A stretch of 64,000 nt of DNA from Andalucia godoyi And28. Lineage: Eukaryota > Protista > Jakobida. Positions 1 through 11,000 of this stretch are shown in pieces. The position numbers and the translations under genes were made by a program. Each line of letters starts with the position of its first letter. Positions within the stretch are counted from its first letter, which is position 1. The notes under the pieces are model-generated. The model made no database searches. It worked only from the letters and a program-made list of their open reading frames with translations, and was not told the origin of the DNA. Location: the NCBI GenBank assembly GCA_009859145.1, contig VRVR01000065.1:13253-77252 (forward strand), in the 5' to 3' direction.

Positions 1-1
1 C

Positions 2-244
2 ACAGGACCCAGACTGCCACTGCCACAACGGCGTGCGCTGCTGCTGCAAAATATCGGAAATGCTCCGCCAATGTTTGAGAACGGGGATGCTCTGGATGAA
101 GTGCCGTTTGTCAATCCTTTCGTATCTGAAGAAGACGAGGACGGCGACGATGATGATGATGGTGAAGAAGAAGAAGATGATGATGACAATGGCGATCGGA
201 ACGGCTTCGAGTTGCTAATTGTTCCTGCAATGATGCCTATATAA
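2..244 (+). CDS. 3' end of a gene entering from the left; acidic C-terminal tail
   Basis: Frame 2 is open from base 2 to TAA 242-244 and reads ...PFVSEEDEDGDDDDDGEEEEDDDDNGDRNGFELLIVPAMMPI*. An AT-rich tract follows. Confidence 0.55.
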   Translation, partial: TGPRLPLPQRRALLLQNIGNAPPMFENGDALDEVPFVNPFVSEEDEDGDDDDDGEEEEDDDDNGDRNGFELLIVPAMMPI

Positions 245-280
245 ATAGATATTATTGTATAATATTTTATAATATTTTGT

Positions 281-380
281 AATCTTGCAGCAATCTTGCA
301 GCAATCTTGCAGTCTTGTTATAGGAAATGCACCTTCTCGGCTGAACTGCAATTGCACAATCTTGCATGCATTATCTTGCA
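281..380. repeat. Short array of AATCTTGCA motifs
   Basis: AATCTTGCAG(C) occurs three times in tandem at 281, 292 and 303, with AATCTTGCA at 358 and TATCTTGCA at 372. It lies between two convergent genes. Confidence 0.8.
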
Positions 381-534
381 TTGCAATATTGCATTTACCA
401 ACCCTACTCAGCACACTCACTTCGCGCCATTTCAGAGGCCGTTTCATGCCTTGACTTTCTCCTGCAACGAAACCTTTGCGAATTGCATTTTCTTCTTTTA
501 AAGTTACTGTCTCCTCACTATTCTGGATCATTTC

Positions 535-1449
535 TTAATCGACCTCTATGCACTCTTTCCACGGTCTTGAACTGGACGTGGAAACGTCCTCCTTGCCTCT
601 TTTCGAAACCTGCGAGGCCGCGCCTTCCGCACTCGCGACTCGCTTCCGGAGTCGTTGGCGCCGCAAATCGAGTTTGCTCTGCGCAATGGAAATAACAGTA
701 GGGCTGATACTTTCTCCGTTGACTGACGGCATTTGAAATGCTGGATCAAACGCAGGATCAAACATATCTTGCCGTGCATACATCAACAGTCCGATGTCCA
801 GGTTGCTGGCTGTTCGTCTGTTACCGTATGCTTCGAGGAGATTGCTTGTTAACGTGTAGCCCAATGTGTTACCTTTGGGATCCGTTCCATCGTAGAATAT
901 CCATTCGGCGCTGGTAGGGCACCAGGCCGGGTCCACCGTGCAACTTGGCCTTACAAAAGCGGGGCAAAAGTGCGATTCGTCTTTGTTGAGCACCATCGCG
1001 ACCAGCTTGTACAATAGTCGGGCGGTTCCAATTGACACAGAATATTCACAATCCCGGATGAAGGGGATTGTTCCATTGGACTGGGGAGTTCCTCGTGGCG
1101 CGAAAGCACCCTGTCCAAATGAGACGATGACGTAAGAAGGACATTTCGGATATTTGATGCTGTTGACATCCCAACAAACAAGCTTGGAGCATGCTTTGCA
1201 CTTTACATCAAGCGGACTGTTACAGGACGTCATCTGTATTTCGATATACGAGGTCATGGGCATCTCCGTCGCGTTAGCGCTTGGATTCAGTTCAATCACA
1301 GATGGTGAGCACACACACTCGTGGCCATGTTCGCATTTTCCATGCGCTTCGAACGACCACAAAGGATTGTCCCCAGTCATGTACTTTGCCAAACTATCAA
1401 TGAGTAAGAACTGTCCTCGCCGGAAGCCCGTTGGCGAACTCATCTCATA
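535..1449 (-). pseudogene. USP (C19) deubiquitinase-like C-terminal part, CYLD-like His box; no Cys box found; 5' end interrupted by Tc1
   Basis: LYKLVAMVLNKDESHFCPAFVR...EWIFYDG resembles the CYLD His box (LFAVLCIETSHYVAFVK...WLFFDS). QFLLIDSL, CxxC pairs and PSYVIVSF fit the USP middle region. The first 8 codons of the listed ORF come from the Tc1 TIR. Confidence 0.55.
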
Positions 1450-2738
1450 CAGCTGTGGCCAAAAATCTTGCACACGGTGTTCGTCGATTTTCTTGTAAAC
1501 GACTGTAGCTCAAAACTTGATTTTCATTTTTTTGAGTTCGTTGCTCGATGGCGCATCGAATGAGGTATATCAATGCCTGGTTTTCTCTCCTTTGGCTGCA
1601 ATGCACTCCTCCAAGCGCGATCGCATCGAAGAAACCAAATTTTTGAGGGTTTCTCGTGGCACCGCCGCCCATTCCTCTCGAAAGAACTCCACGACTTGCT
1701 TGAGATTCGCGGGTTTTTTTCGCTCAACCTTGTTCTTGACGATGTGTCACAGGTTTTCGATGGGGTTGAGGTCGGGTGAAGCCGAGGGCCATTGGAGCAA
1801 TTCGGGCGTGAAGTCGGCGAGCCACTGCTTGGTCTTGCGCGCAGAGTGTTTGGGGTCGTTGTCTTGCTGGAAGCGATAATCGCCCGCGAACAACTCTCCT
1901 GCACGTTCGGAGAGATGGTGCTCCAGAATGTCGATGTACTTGTCGGCGTCCATGGTTCCTTCGATCGCCACGACGTCGAATGTTCCATCCGCGCAGAACG
2001 CTGACCAGATCATGACCTTGGGCTGCATTTTCGGCACCCTCCGGTACTTCTTCTGGTCTACCCGGGTCCACATGCACACAGTATTTCGGTAGAGCTGCAC
2101 AGACGTCTCATCGCTGAAGATTGTGCGGCTCCAGTCATCGTCAAGGTGGCGCTTACACCACCCAACTCGGTTGGTGCGGTGCGTCTCCGTCAGCATCGGC
2201 GTGGTCGTGGGCAGGCGGTACTCGTAGTTCTGCGCTGCCAAGTTGCGCCGCACAGAGCGAGCCGATATGGTAACATTATGCTCCTAATAAAGACGGTCGG
2301 CAATGGACTGGGAAGTGTGTCCCTCATCATAGCGGAGCCACTGACCGATTGCGCACTTGTCGCGTTTTCCCAGGAGAGTCCGACGTCCGCTTCCTGCTGC
2401 GCGTTCCAGAGAGCCCGTCTCACGGAGCTTTCTAATCCAAAAGTAGACAGTTCGTCGGGAGCAACAAAACTGCTCGCAGATCGCCTTCACGGAAGGCTCT
2501 CCTTCCTTCACAAAAGACAAAATGGCGTTTTCGAGAGTGTTTTTCATGAAGCCCGCCTGAATCTCGCATTATCTCAGCAACGGCTCATCATGGAGACACG
2601 CGGCTTGACAAATCGGATCCGCACTGTCACGGAGGAGAATTCGTGATAATCCTCACGTCAGTAAAAATGGCGCCAAAGTGTTCAAAAATCCGGCACAGTA
2701 GAAGTGAAAAAGTGCAAGATTTTTTGGCCACAGCTGTA
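1448..2738 (-). mobile_element. Complete Tc1/mariner DNA transposon (1450-2736) with TA target-site duplication
   Basis: Left TIR CAGCTGTGGCCAAAAATCTTGCAC (1450-1473) and right TIR GTGCAAGATTTTTTGGCCACAGCTG (2712-2736) differ by one extra T. TA occurs at 1448-1449 and 2737-2738, and a transposase lies inside. Confidence 0.95.
1570..2547 (-). pseudogene. Tc1-family DD34E transposase with two in-frame nonsense codons
   Basis: One frame of 325 codons: N-terminal HTH (SRRTVYFWIRK...GSGRR), FSDETS, QQDNDPKH and WPSASPDLNPIENL*, with 34 residues between D and E. TAG at 2284-2286; TGA at 1747-1749 replaces the conserved Trp. The frame continues HIVKNKVE...KGEKTRH* to 1570. Confidence 0.95.
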
Positions 2739-3010
2739 AGAGATTTCGCACAGTGTTTGCGTGTCCGCTGGATGTCGAACCGCGAATAACAAATTCACAG
2801 AATGGATTTCTTATTATTGATCTCATTTGTGATTCTGTCTTGTTTTGCGATTGAGATATGTAGTGTGATTTCGCGAGCTACGTTTGGGTTTGTGGTGAGT
2901 TTTATGAGTTTCGAGGTTTCGCAGAAAGGGTCCAAGAAGAACGCTAGAGCATGCCAGTTTACAGGGAGCGTGTCTTGCTGCTCCGTTCATGCTGGGAGCA
3001 CGCAACCTTG

Positions 3011-5842
3011 TCATTTCGCGGTCCGAGTATGAAGAATATGGCAGTTCGATTCTTCGCTGGAAATGTTGGTTTTGAGTGATTTTGAAGAAGACTGCTGGAC
3101 AAGCTGCTGCATGACTTCAGATGCAGACGAGTCACATGATCGGACGCAGGGATTCCAGACGAAAAGACGAGAAAGTTCAAAGGACAATGGCGCTATCCGA
3201 GAACACGCTAACGTGCCATGAATCTGCGTACGGGACTCCATTTCCATGTACGTTCCAGAGAATGTGAAGTCCTCATTGTGAATTTTCATTTGAAGCACCG
3301 CAGAACAATCAGCAGAGATGCTTCCCGTGACGGAATGTGAGTCATGAGCTTCAAGATTCTTGGAAATCACATGACCTTCATCAGTGATATGCAACAGTAT
3401 ATCGAAAGCAGGATATGCAGTCGTTGTACACTGTGATGACGTTTCGCAAGTTTCTAAGCGACACATCCAATATCCGCTTCGTTGCTTGTGTACGGGTCGC
3501 TTCCGGTCAAGAACTGGGTGCAATGCCTCAAATACGGATCTGGGGACCAGTTGGTCATAATCAGGCCAGCAAATCTCGGAAACGACAGCAACTTTGGAGG
3601 CCGAACTGATTGCAGGGTACCACCGCTCTTCCAGCAGTTCATCCGCTTTTGGTACGTCTATTTCATTTAGAATGCGTTCCTTCTTTCCAGCAAGTAGTGG
3701 ACAGGAAACCTTCGCAAGATGACTGGAGTGCTGAACATCAGTATGGCAGCTGCTCCGCAATTCTTCCATGCTCTGCGGGTTAATATTCCACTTGGCAACT
3801 ACAAAGCTGTTCAACGTTGCGATAATATCACCAGTGAAAGGATGGAATCCAATACCTATAACATCATTTGGAATGACAGACGCCAAACAATTGTGCAGAT
3901 TTCCATCGCCGTCATAGGGAAACCCATGAATGCAACCAGAAGAACAGAAGCCAGTTGACCATCCATACGAACCGAGTGGTTGCATGCAGTTAAAGTCCAC
4001 GTCATTGATTAGTCCGACAGTGACCATGAAATCCGATGAATCCATTAGAACAGAAGTGCATCGCATTCTCACCTCGAAAAAATAAAATGGAACGGTAGCA
4101 GGTATCGGAAAATTTGCGAGAGCGCATCGCGGTTCGTTGGCCGGAAATGTGAAAACAGTTGAAACACTGCATTCTGACTGTTCAATTCCATTTTCGCTCG
4201 AATAACTACTCTGAGATGACCCCTCGTGATTCCGATTTTCAATATCATCCACGTTATCAATTTCAAAATCATCATTTTCCTCTTCCTTCAATTCAATTGC
4301 TGGATCTTCCAAAAAACCAGATGGAAGATCAACGTTACAATCAAATACCACAGACAAAGGTGGTACGACATCACTCACGGAGGCCGTCAATAAGCTGACG
4401 TGAAAAGGGAGCATTTTCCCCAAAAACCGTCCACTTTCGTCTTCCAACACAATATCAAAACTTGCAACAATAACAGGACAGTCGGAGGCAACAACAGATC
4501 GATACCGTAGATGAGCTGAAATTCTTGATTCGTAACCTTGGTTGGGAAGCGACAGATTTCTCAATTCCACTATCTTGTAAAAGCGCTGTTTCCATTTGGG
4601 AATGTAAACATAAACTTTCAAAGGATACACATTGTCATCTTCCAGACAAGGATTTCGTATCCTGAAACAATCCACAACGTTCACATCTTCAAAATCATAA
4701 ATGGAATATGTGGATTCGCATGTATGACCGTCAAACGCGCAATGTCTTAGCATTGGAACCTCGAGACCTTCATTAGCACTTGCATCTTCTGCAATAGTAT
4801 CAACATCCAAAGAATCCGTACTGTCATCAGAATCAGACGATCGACCATTACTCGAAAACTCTGAGAATCTGCAGAGTGAAAACCACAATTCATCCTTGAC
4901 CTCGACGATGCAAGGAGTGGCTTTGACAAAGGAGCACTTCTCATCTGCAGATTTAAACATGGCGCAGATGGCGTAGGTGCCCGGACTCTTAATGCAAAAG
5001 TGAGACGCCATTCCGATCCGTAAATCAAAAAACGCCTCCGATTCCTCAGTCGAATTGATGAGAGAGTCTGTCCGAACACGGACAACTGTGCATTGTCGGA
5101 TATTGCGGATAGGAAAATCGGAGCATAGTCGAAGATCAACCTGTGACCAGTTCAATGATGTGTCACATTTGAGCAAACAATCAGCTTGCTCTTCAGAAAG
5201 TCCGTCGACGGATACTAACACGAATGCATCAGTCTCTACGAAACGATCCCACTGGGAAGACCACCAAGCATTCAAATAAAGAGAAACGGGCTCATATCGA
5301 CGTATGCAGATTCTTGCTCTTGATTCTGGAAGCGAAACTTGAGGAACTCCCGTGGGTACAATTCTAAATTCGGAATGCAACGTAAACGTCGAAAACAACA
5401 GAGTACATTTCCGAATCACATCCACAAACAAGTTTGAAGTGCGTAAATCGAACCGAGCGAGATCGTGCACATTAATTGTATTTCCTGAAGAGCTCCCAGT
5501 AAAATAATAACAGACAAAGCGTTTCAACAACACGAGAGGATCTCTGACATGCTGCACGATATCCGATTTAAACGATATTCGAATGTCTGATTCCACGTAC
5601 GCAACAAACGCATCTGCAAAATCATCTTTAGACACCATTGAACGATCACGACCAATTTTTTTGCGCCAAAAGTCTTTGAGATATGCATTTGAAATGGAAG
5701 CCGAAGAATCGAAAGTGGATTCCAATGACTCTTTTTGCACTGCAAATGATGCTACTCCAATCGCGGACTGTAACGTTGTCACGTAATCTTTGAGACAACT
5801 TTCAAGAATGAAGATTCGCTTCTTCAGTCTTGTCTGCTTCAT
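3011..5842 (-). CDS. Large protein with Cbl-type EF-hand-like region and SPRY/B30.2-like domain
   Basis: 943-aa ORF. DFWRKKIGRDRSMVSKDDFADAF resembles the Cbl TKB EF-hand. YFFEVRM...VTVGL...PLGSYGWSTGF...NDVIGIGF...ATLNS is a SPRY pattern. Confidence 0.7.
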   Translation of the reverse strand: MKQTRLKKRIFILESCLKDYVTTLQSAIGVASFAVQKESLESTFDSSASISNAYLKDFWRKKIGRDRSMVSKDDFADAFVAYVESDIRISFKSDIVQHVRDPLVLLKRFVCYYFTGSSSGNTINVHDLARFDLRTSNLFVDVIRKCTLLFSTFTLHSEFRIVPTGVPQVSLPESRARICIRRYEPVSLYLNAWWSSQWDRFVETDAFVLVSVDGLSEEQADCLLKCDTSLNWSQVDLRLCSDFPIRNIRQCTVVRVRTDSLINSTEESEAFFDLRIGMASHFCIKSPGTYAICAMFKSADEKCSFVKATPCIVEVKDELWFSLCRFSEFSSNGRSSDSDDSTDSLDVDTIAEDASANEGLEVPMLRHCAFDGHTCESTYSIYDFEDVNVVDCFRIRNPCLEDDNVYPLKVYVYIPKWKQRFYKIVELRNLSLPNQGYESRISAHLRYRSVVASDCPVIVASFDIVLEDESGRFLGKMLPFHVSLLTASVSDVVPPLSVVFDCNVDLPSGFLEDPAIELKEEENDDFEIDNVDDIENRNHEGSSQSSYSSENGIEQSECSVSTVFTFPANEPRCALANFPIPATVPFYFFEVRMRCTSVLMDSSDFMVTVGLINDVDFNCMQPLGSYGWSTGFCSSGCIHGFPYDGDGNLHNCLASVIPNDVIGIGFHPFTGDIIATLNSFVVAKWNINPQSMEELRSSCHTDVQHSSHLAKVSCPLLAGKKERILNEIDVPKADELLEERWYPAISSASKVAVVSEICWPDYDQLVPRSVFEALHPVLDRKRPVHKQRSGYWMCRLETCETSSQCTTTAYPAFDILLHITDEGHVISKNLEAHDSHSVTGSISADCSAVLQMKIHNEDFTFSGTYMEMESRTQIHGTLACSRIAPLSFELSRLFVWNPCVRSCDSSASEVMQQLVQQSSSKSLKTNISSEESNCHILHTRTAK

Positions 5843-5860
5843 GATATTCCAGGGAGTGCA

Positions 5861-6376
5861 TTACCAAAGCACTTTCGGTTTTCGAACTTGCCTCAAGGCG
5901 TCGGAAATCCCATCAAGAAACCGTTCAATGTCCTGCACGAGAGCTTCCAAACCAAAAAACGTTGTATGAACATGATTCAGTTCGCCTTGATTTAAATTCA
6001 CAAATTCATGCAGCAAAGCAGCTGTGGATAACGGATTTATAGGCACAACCTGTGAAAACTTCGTTGAACGATGCTTCCCAGTTCCGTCATCGTTCTCCAC
6101 TGCTGAAGGATATGGTAGCGATTTCACGATAGAAAGACCGTCAGCATTTCCTACTGGGTGACGTAAATGAAGTTGGGCTTCCTCGAAAGAACCACGGAGG
6201 ACCGCATCAAGAACTTTTCGCAAACTTAGATCCCGAGGGATCATCAAAATGACAACTTGAAGCAAATTCAGCGAGGAACTTAGTTGTTGCGCATGATCGT
6301 AAACATCCTGACACTCGTCCAGCAATGCTTTGGTACGTAATAATGCTGAAAGAATCCCTTTGGCCAGACTGTCCAT
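5861..6376 (-). CDS. Helical-bundle (MLKL/HeLo-like?) N-terminal segment, in frame with 3011-5842 and separated by a single TAA
   Basis: MDSLAKGILSALL...amphipathic helices...KVLW*CTPWNIMKQ. It is in the same frame as the downstream ORF, with only TAA 5861-5863 between them. Confidence 0.5.
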   Translation of the reverse strand: MDSLAKGILSALLRTKALLDECQDVYDHAQQLSSSLNLLQVVILMIPRDLSLRKVLDAVLRGSFEEAQLHLRHPVGNADGLSIVKSLPYPSAVENDDGTGKHRSTKFSQVVPINPLSTAALLHEFVNLNQGELNHVHTTFFGLEALVQDIERFLDGISDALRQVRKPKVLW

Positions 6377-6829
6377 TTTGAGTTGAAAAACGATCAAAGA
6401 GGACTACAAATGAATTTTCGGAAGGCAGCGCAGAAAGAGTGAAGGGATGGCTCGTGGCTGTTGGCGAGCCCCCAGCCCCCCGCTCATTTTCAGTGGTCGA
6501 CATGTATCGACCATTTTCGGAATTCGCTGATTGCACTTTCTGGAACGAGAACACCTGCTGTTCATGTCTGCCAGGATTATTCAGAGTTGATTTGCAAGTA
6601 AAGGTATCGAAAGCATGATTAGAAGCTTGGAGATTGTGATAGACTTGTTCGTACCAGTATCTATATTCAAATGAGGATCACACAAAAGTTTACAACACAA
6701 CAGAAAATACTCATTACATTTCCGAATCCAGAGAACACATGAACGCATTTTCAATCATGCTCAGTCGAAACTGCTTCCATTGTTAAAAGTCCGCGCCTTC
6801 TGGCTTTGACCGAAAACAATTACGAGTCA

Positions 6830-8043
6830 AATCAAAGATTGCGAACAATACATGAGGATTCCACGAAATGCGGTTTGCAAATGCAAAAAGATTCTCACAA
6901 ACCGAGGCATGCGGATTACACATTTGAAGAAACTATTGGATGATTGGAAGCGTTTCGTAGAGTTCGCAGGACAAACCACAAATTCGTATGGTCATCGTTC
7001 ACACGGATACCCATATTCTCGATTAGACATTCCAATCCAAATGCCATCAAGCCATCTGAGATTCGACTGTTACTCTTCATAGAAACGGTTAAGAATGGAC
7101 GCTGATAATACTGTCGACAAAAGATGATACGCAGAAAGTGGGAAGGCACCGCACGTCCTTGCAAGACCTCCGGATGATCATCGCGTCCCAGTGTCACCAA
7201 CACAGAGATAAAACTAAACCACATGTTTTTCGTCCAGAAGACGAGATGTCGAGAAGCTTCCAAAGACGTGACACGTTTTTGACGATCAGTTAGAATCATT
7301 TGCTCCAGCAAGTCTTTCAATAGAACAGAATAAAACTGGTGAAAAGCACCACCATTTGATCTCTTCCAGTTTAAGACGAGAATAATCTCATTTTCCGTTG
7401 CGCATCTTGCATGCCGAAGCGATTCGTCTCCATTGAGAAGAGTCTACCAACAAAAATAGAATCAACCAACCCATACTCCAAACATCACTGCGGCAACCTG
7501 GAGTTGGTGATGACCCTTGCAATTCCGGTGGACACCACGATTCAACATTCGTCGTCTCCAGCGGTTCTTCTATGGTGCGGTTTTCCGTCGTCGGTGCAGT
7601 GATCAGTATGGAACTGCTGAAATCACACAAACGAAATCGAATTCGATCACTTTCACGAAGACTCTTAACGAGAAGATTCTCCGGTTTAATGTCCAAGTGA
7701 ACAACCTGTCGTTGATGCAGTGCGACGAGGCCAGGCAAAAGGTTCTGGATTTCAGGGAGAATTCGTAACAAGGATACTGTCGAGGTCTGAGAGGATTTCT
7801 GACTTTGCGCAAGAGACAAATAAGAGATTGTCGACCAGGTCACGAACTCACGATCAACGGATCTTTCGCAAAATTGGAATAATCAGAAAAGTTCCAATTT
7901 CGTGTGTCGCCAGAATCACAGAAAGATCCGCTACGCCAATACATCAGATATGGGTGAAACCATTCGGATGGCGAGAGGCAATCATTGCAAAATCCCTCAA
8001 TTTCGACAATGCACCCAACTATTTTTCTATTCGACATTTTCAA
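6830..8043 (-). pseudogene. Fragmented protein kinase + KEN ribonuclease (IRE1/RNase L-like)
   Basis: Pieces in different frames. 7840-8043 is N-lobe-like (YLMYWRSGSFCD). 7388-7843 has HLDIKPENLLV, LCDFS and SDVWSMG. 6916-7320 has DLLEQMILTDRQKR...RHLVFW and the KEN motif VLRTLRNASNH. Confidence 0.75.
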
Positions 8044-8084
8044 CAGAAATCACATATAGAATGAAACTCGCAGGAATCAGCAAC

Positions 8085-11000
8085 CTAGTGGACTTCTTGC
8101 GTTTCACTACGTAATCGACAATTTTCAGATTGCTCGAGGCAAAGATTGAGATCGCGAGATACCGCCATTGTATCTGGGTGATCAGGTCCAAGAACCTGTT
8201 CTCTATCACGAAGCACTACTCGATATCCTAACAATGCGGCATCGTGATCCCCATGAAGCATGCGACACCGGGCAATACTGTGATGTGTTGTCAGCGTCGA
8301 CGGATGCAAATCACCCAACAACCGCTGTTGTGAATCCATAACAGATGAAAACTCCGCTAGGGCATCATCATACATTCCTTGGTTCATTAGACAGTATGCA
8401 ATTTCATGGCGTGTCTCATAGATGTCAGTATGCTCTAAGTCAAACAAACGTTGTTGAATGTGCAAAATGTCTTTGAACTCGGAGATTGCCAAATTGCTGT
8501 GCTGTAACATTAGGCATTTAGCACGCCTATAGCGTGTGCGCACGACACTCGAATGATCAGAATGAAGCGTTTGCTCTTGTTCTTTGAGTAGACACTCTAA
8601 CTGCTCCAATGCCACATCCAGATCCCCTTGAAACATATGACACGAGGCAATACTCTTTCGAATACTAAAAATTTGTTCATGATCACGTTCAACAGCTTGC
8701 AGTTGACCATGCAGTAACCTGTCGAGCTCATGAAGTGCATTGTCATATTCGCCGATGAGTTTCCAACAATGAACTACTCCATATCGACAGTGGAAAATAA
8801 GTGAATGGCTACTGCCGAGAGCCTGCTCAGCGGCGGTTTGCACATCCCGAAACTGTATAATTGCCATTTCGTACTTTCCTTGATCCGCCATGGACCATCC
8901 TATGCAACACCTCAAGTCCAACACTTCTACGCACGCTTCACCAAGAATTCTTGTCTGTACCGCAACCAATTCTTCGAAAACTTTCTGTGCACTGCTGTAC
9001 TTCCCGTGAGCTTCCAGACAACGCGCAATGTCCGATCGACAAGCGAGTGTCTCCGGGTGTTCGGAGCCTAGAACCTTCAATTGAGTCTCGAAAACAGACT
9101 CAAAGACTTTCAATGCTCGATTATATTTGCAATGGGACTGTAAAGTCAACCCCATGTCAAGCCGAGATCGCAGTGTATCTAGGTGCTCGGTACCAAATAC
9201 TTGCGCTCGTACGGAGACAAGAAGTTCAAATTGCTCAACAGCTGAACCGTAGTCACCAAGCTGTTGATGACAACGAGCTATACTGCTGCGGCAAGCGAGG
9301 GTTATTGGATGCTCAGAGCTCAGAGTTTCCAGTTGACTCTCAAGAACAGACTTGAACATTTTGAGAGCGCTCTCATATTGACCATCGGATAGCAAAGTTA
9401 GCGCCATATTATACAGGAATCGCAGTGTATCTGGATGCGCTGGACCGGAAATTTGTTCCTGGACACTAATCAGCGATTCGAACTCTTCTCGGGCATGACG
9501 ATAGTTTCCTAGACCACTGTGACAAAGAGCAATGTTGTTGCGACAATTCAGTGTTGTTGGATGTTCAGCGCCTAGAACCTCCAAATCAGTCTCAAGGAGA
9601 GACTCGAACATTTTGAGAGCGCTCTCATATTGACCATCGGATAGCAAAGTTGCAGCCATATTATGGCGAGATTGCAGTGTACCTGGATGCACTAGACCTA
9701 AAACTTGTTCCTGGACACTAATCAGCGATTCGAACTGCTTCCGGGCATGACGATAGTTTTTGAGGCAACAATAACAAAGAGCAATGTTGTTGCGACAATT
9801 CAGTGTTGTTGGATGTTCAGCGCCTAGAACCTCCAAATCAGTCTCAAGAAGAGCCTCGAACATTTTGAGCGCACTGTCATATTGGTGGTGAGACTGCAAA
9901 CCGAGAGCTACGTTATTGCGAGATTTGAGGGTCTCGGGATGCTTGCTGCCAAGAATTCGCTCTCGAATGGCTAAAACTGTTTTGAGATGCGTATCAGCCT
10001 CGGAAGACTTTCCAAGAGATTGTAGACATAACCCAAGATAGCTCAGCATTCCAAGTGTTGTCGAGTCCTCAGAACCAAATTTCCCGTCATAAAATTTGTA
10101 GAGCGACTGAAACATAGCATACGCATCTTCGCATTTTCCTTGACGAAAAACACATACAGCCAACTTCTGCCTTGCGATATCAAGATCGCTAATCCGTTCT
10201 GATCCTTCCGACGATTGTTCCAAAACATCATTCAAAAGATGAGCAACTATCTTCTCCTTCCCAAGATCAACAAAGCTGTCTGCGACTTTGCATATAAGAG
10301 TTGCACCCAAACCTTGCGCCAACAATGAAGATAAATGGTCGAAAGGGAACAAGTTGCACACACACACATTTTGACCACCGCGATGGAGACCACTCACTAA
10401 TCGACAACATTGATCAAAATAATCAGCGGTATTATTGCCAAAGACTTCTTCAAAAATGAACAGCGTTCGTTGCCGGGACGATAGCAACTGCTCTGCATCA
10501 ACTGGGGATGCATATATGGCGAAATCCGGACGGCACCCCATTCTAATAGCATTAGCGACATGAAATGCAGTAGGTCTATGCACAACACCATCAGACAAAG
10601 TCCGTTTCATCATTGGTAACAACATAGAGTCAATGAAGTGCGGAAGATTCTCGGTAGATCCTAAGTATCCAAATGAATCACGCCATTTCTCAAACGATTT
10701 TGAGGAATCATTATCCAGCCGTGCATTTTGAGGATGAAATAACCATGACAAAACTAATCCCAGAGAAAAAACATCAGATCCAGCAGTAGGAGCCTCGTTT
10801 CTCTGTTGCTCCAGACTGTTCCAACCTGGAGTTCCCGTGATGGGCTTTGCATTCTTCTGGACTTGTGCAAGCCCGAAATCGCACAGACACACATGTATCG
10901 ATCGAATTGCATCAACAGACTCTGGACCAGAAATTTCGACAACGTCTTTTTCGACATTTTCACGAATCCATACTTCGCGAGACACAAGCACGTTTTCTGG

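Noticed and set aside
281-380. Short repeats as a CRISPR array
   Set aside because: The 11-bp tandem units have no spacers, the context is eukaryotic, and there are no cas genes.
2739-2810. HSVNLLFAV as the USP Cys box
   Set aside because: It resembles CYLD YLDSTLF only loosely and has Ile where the catalytic Cys should be.
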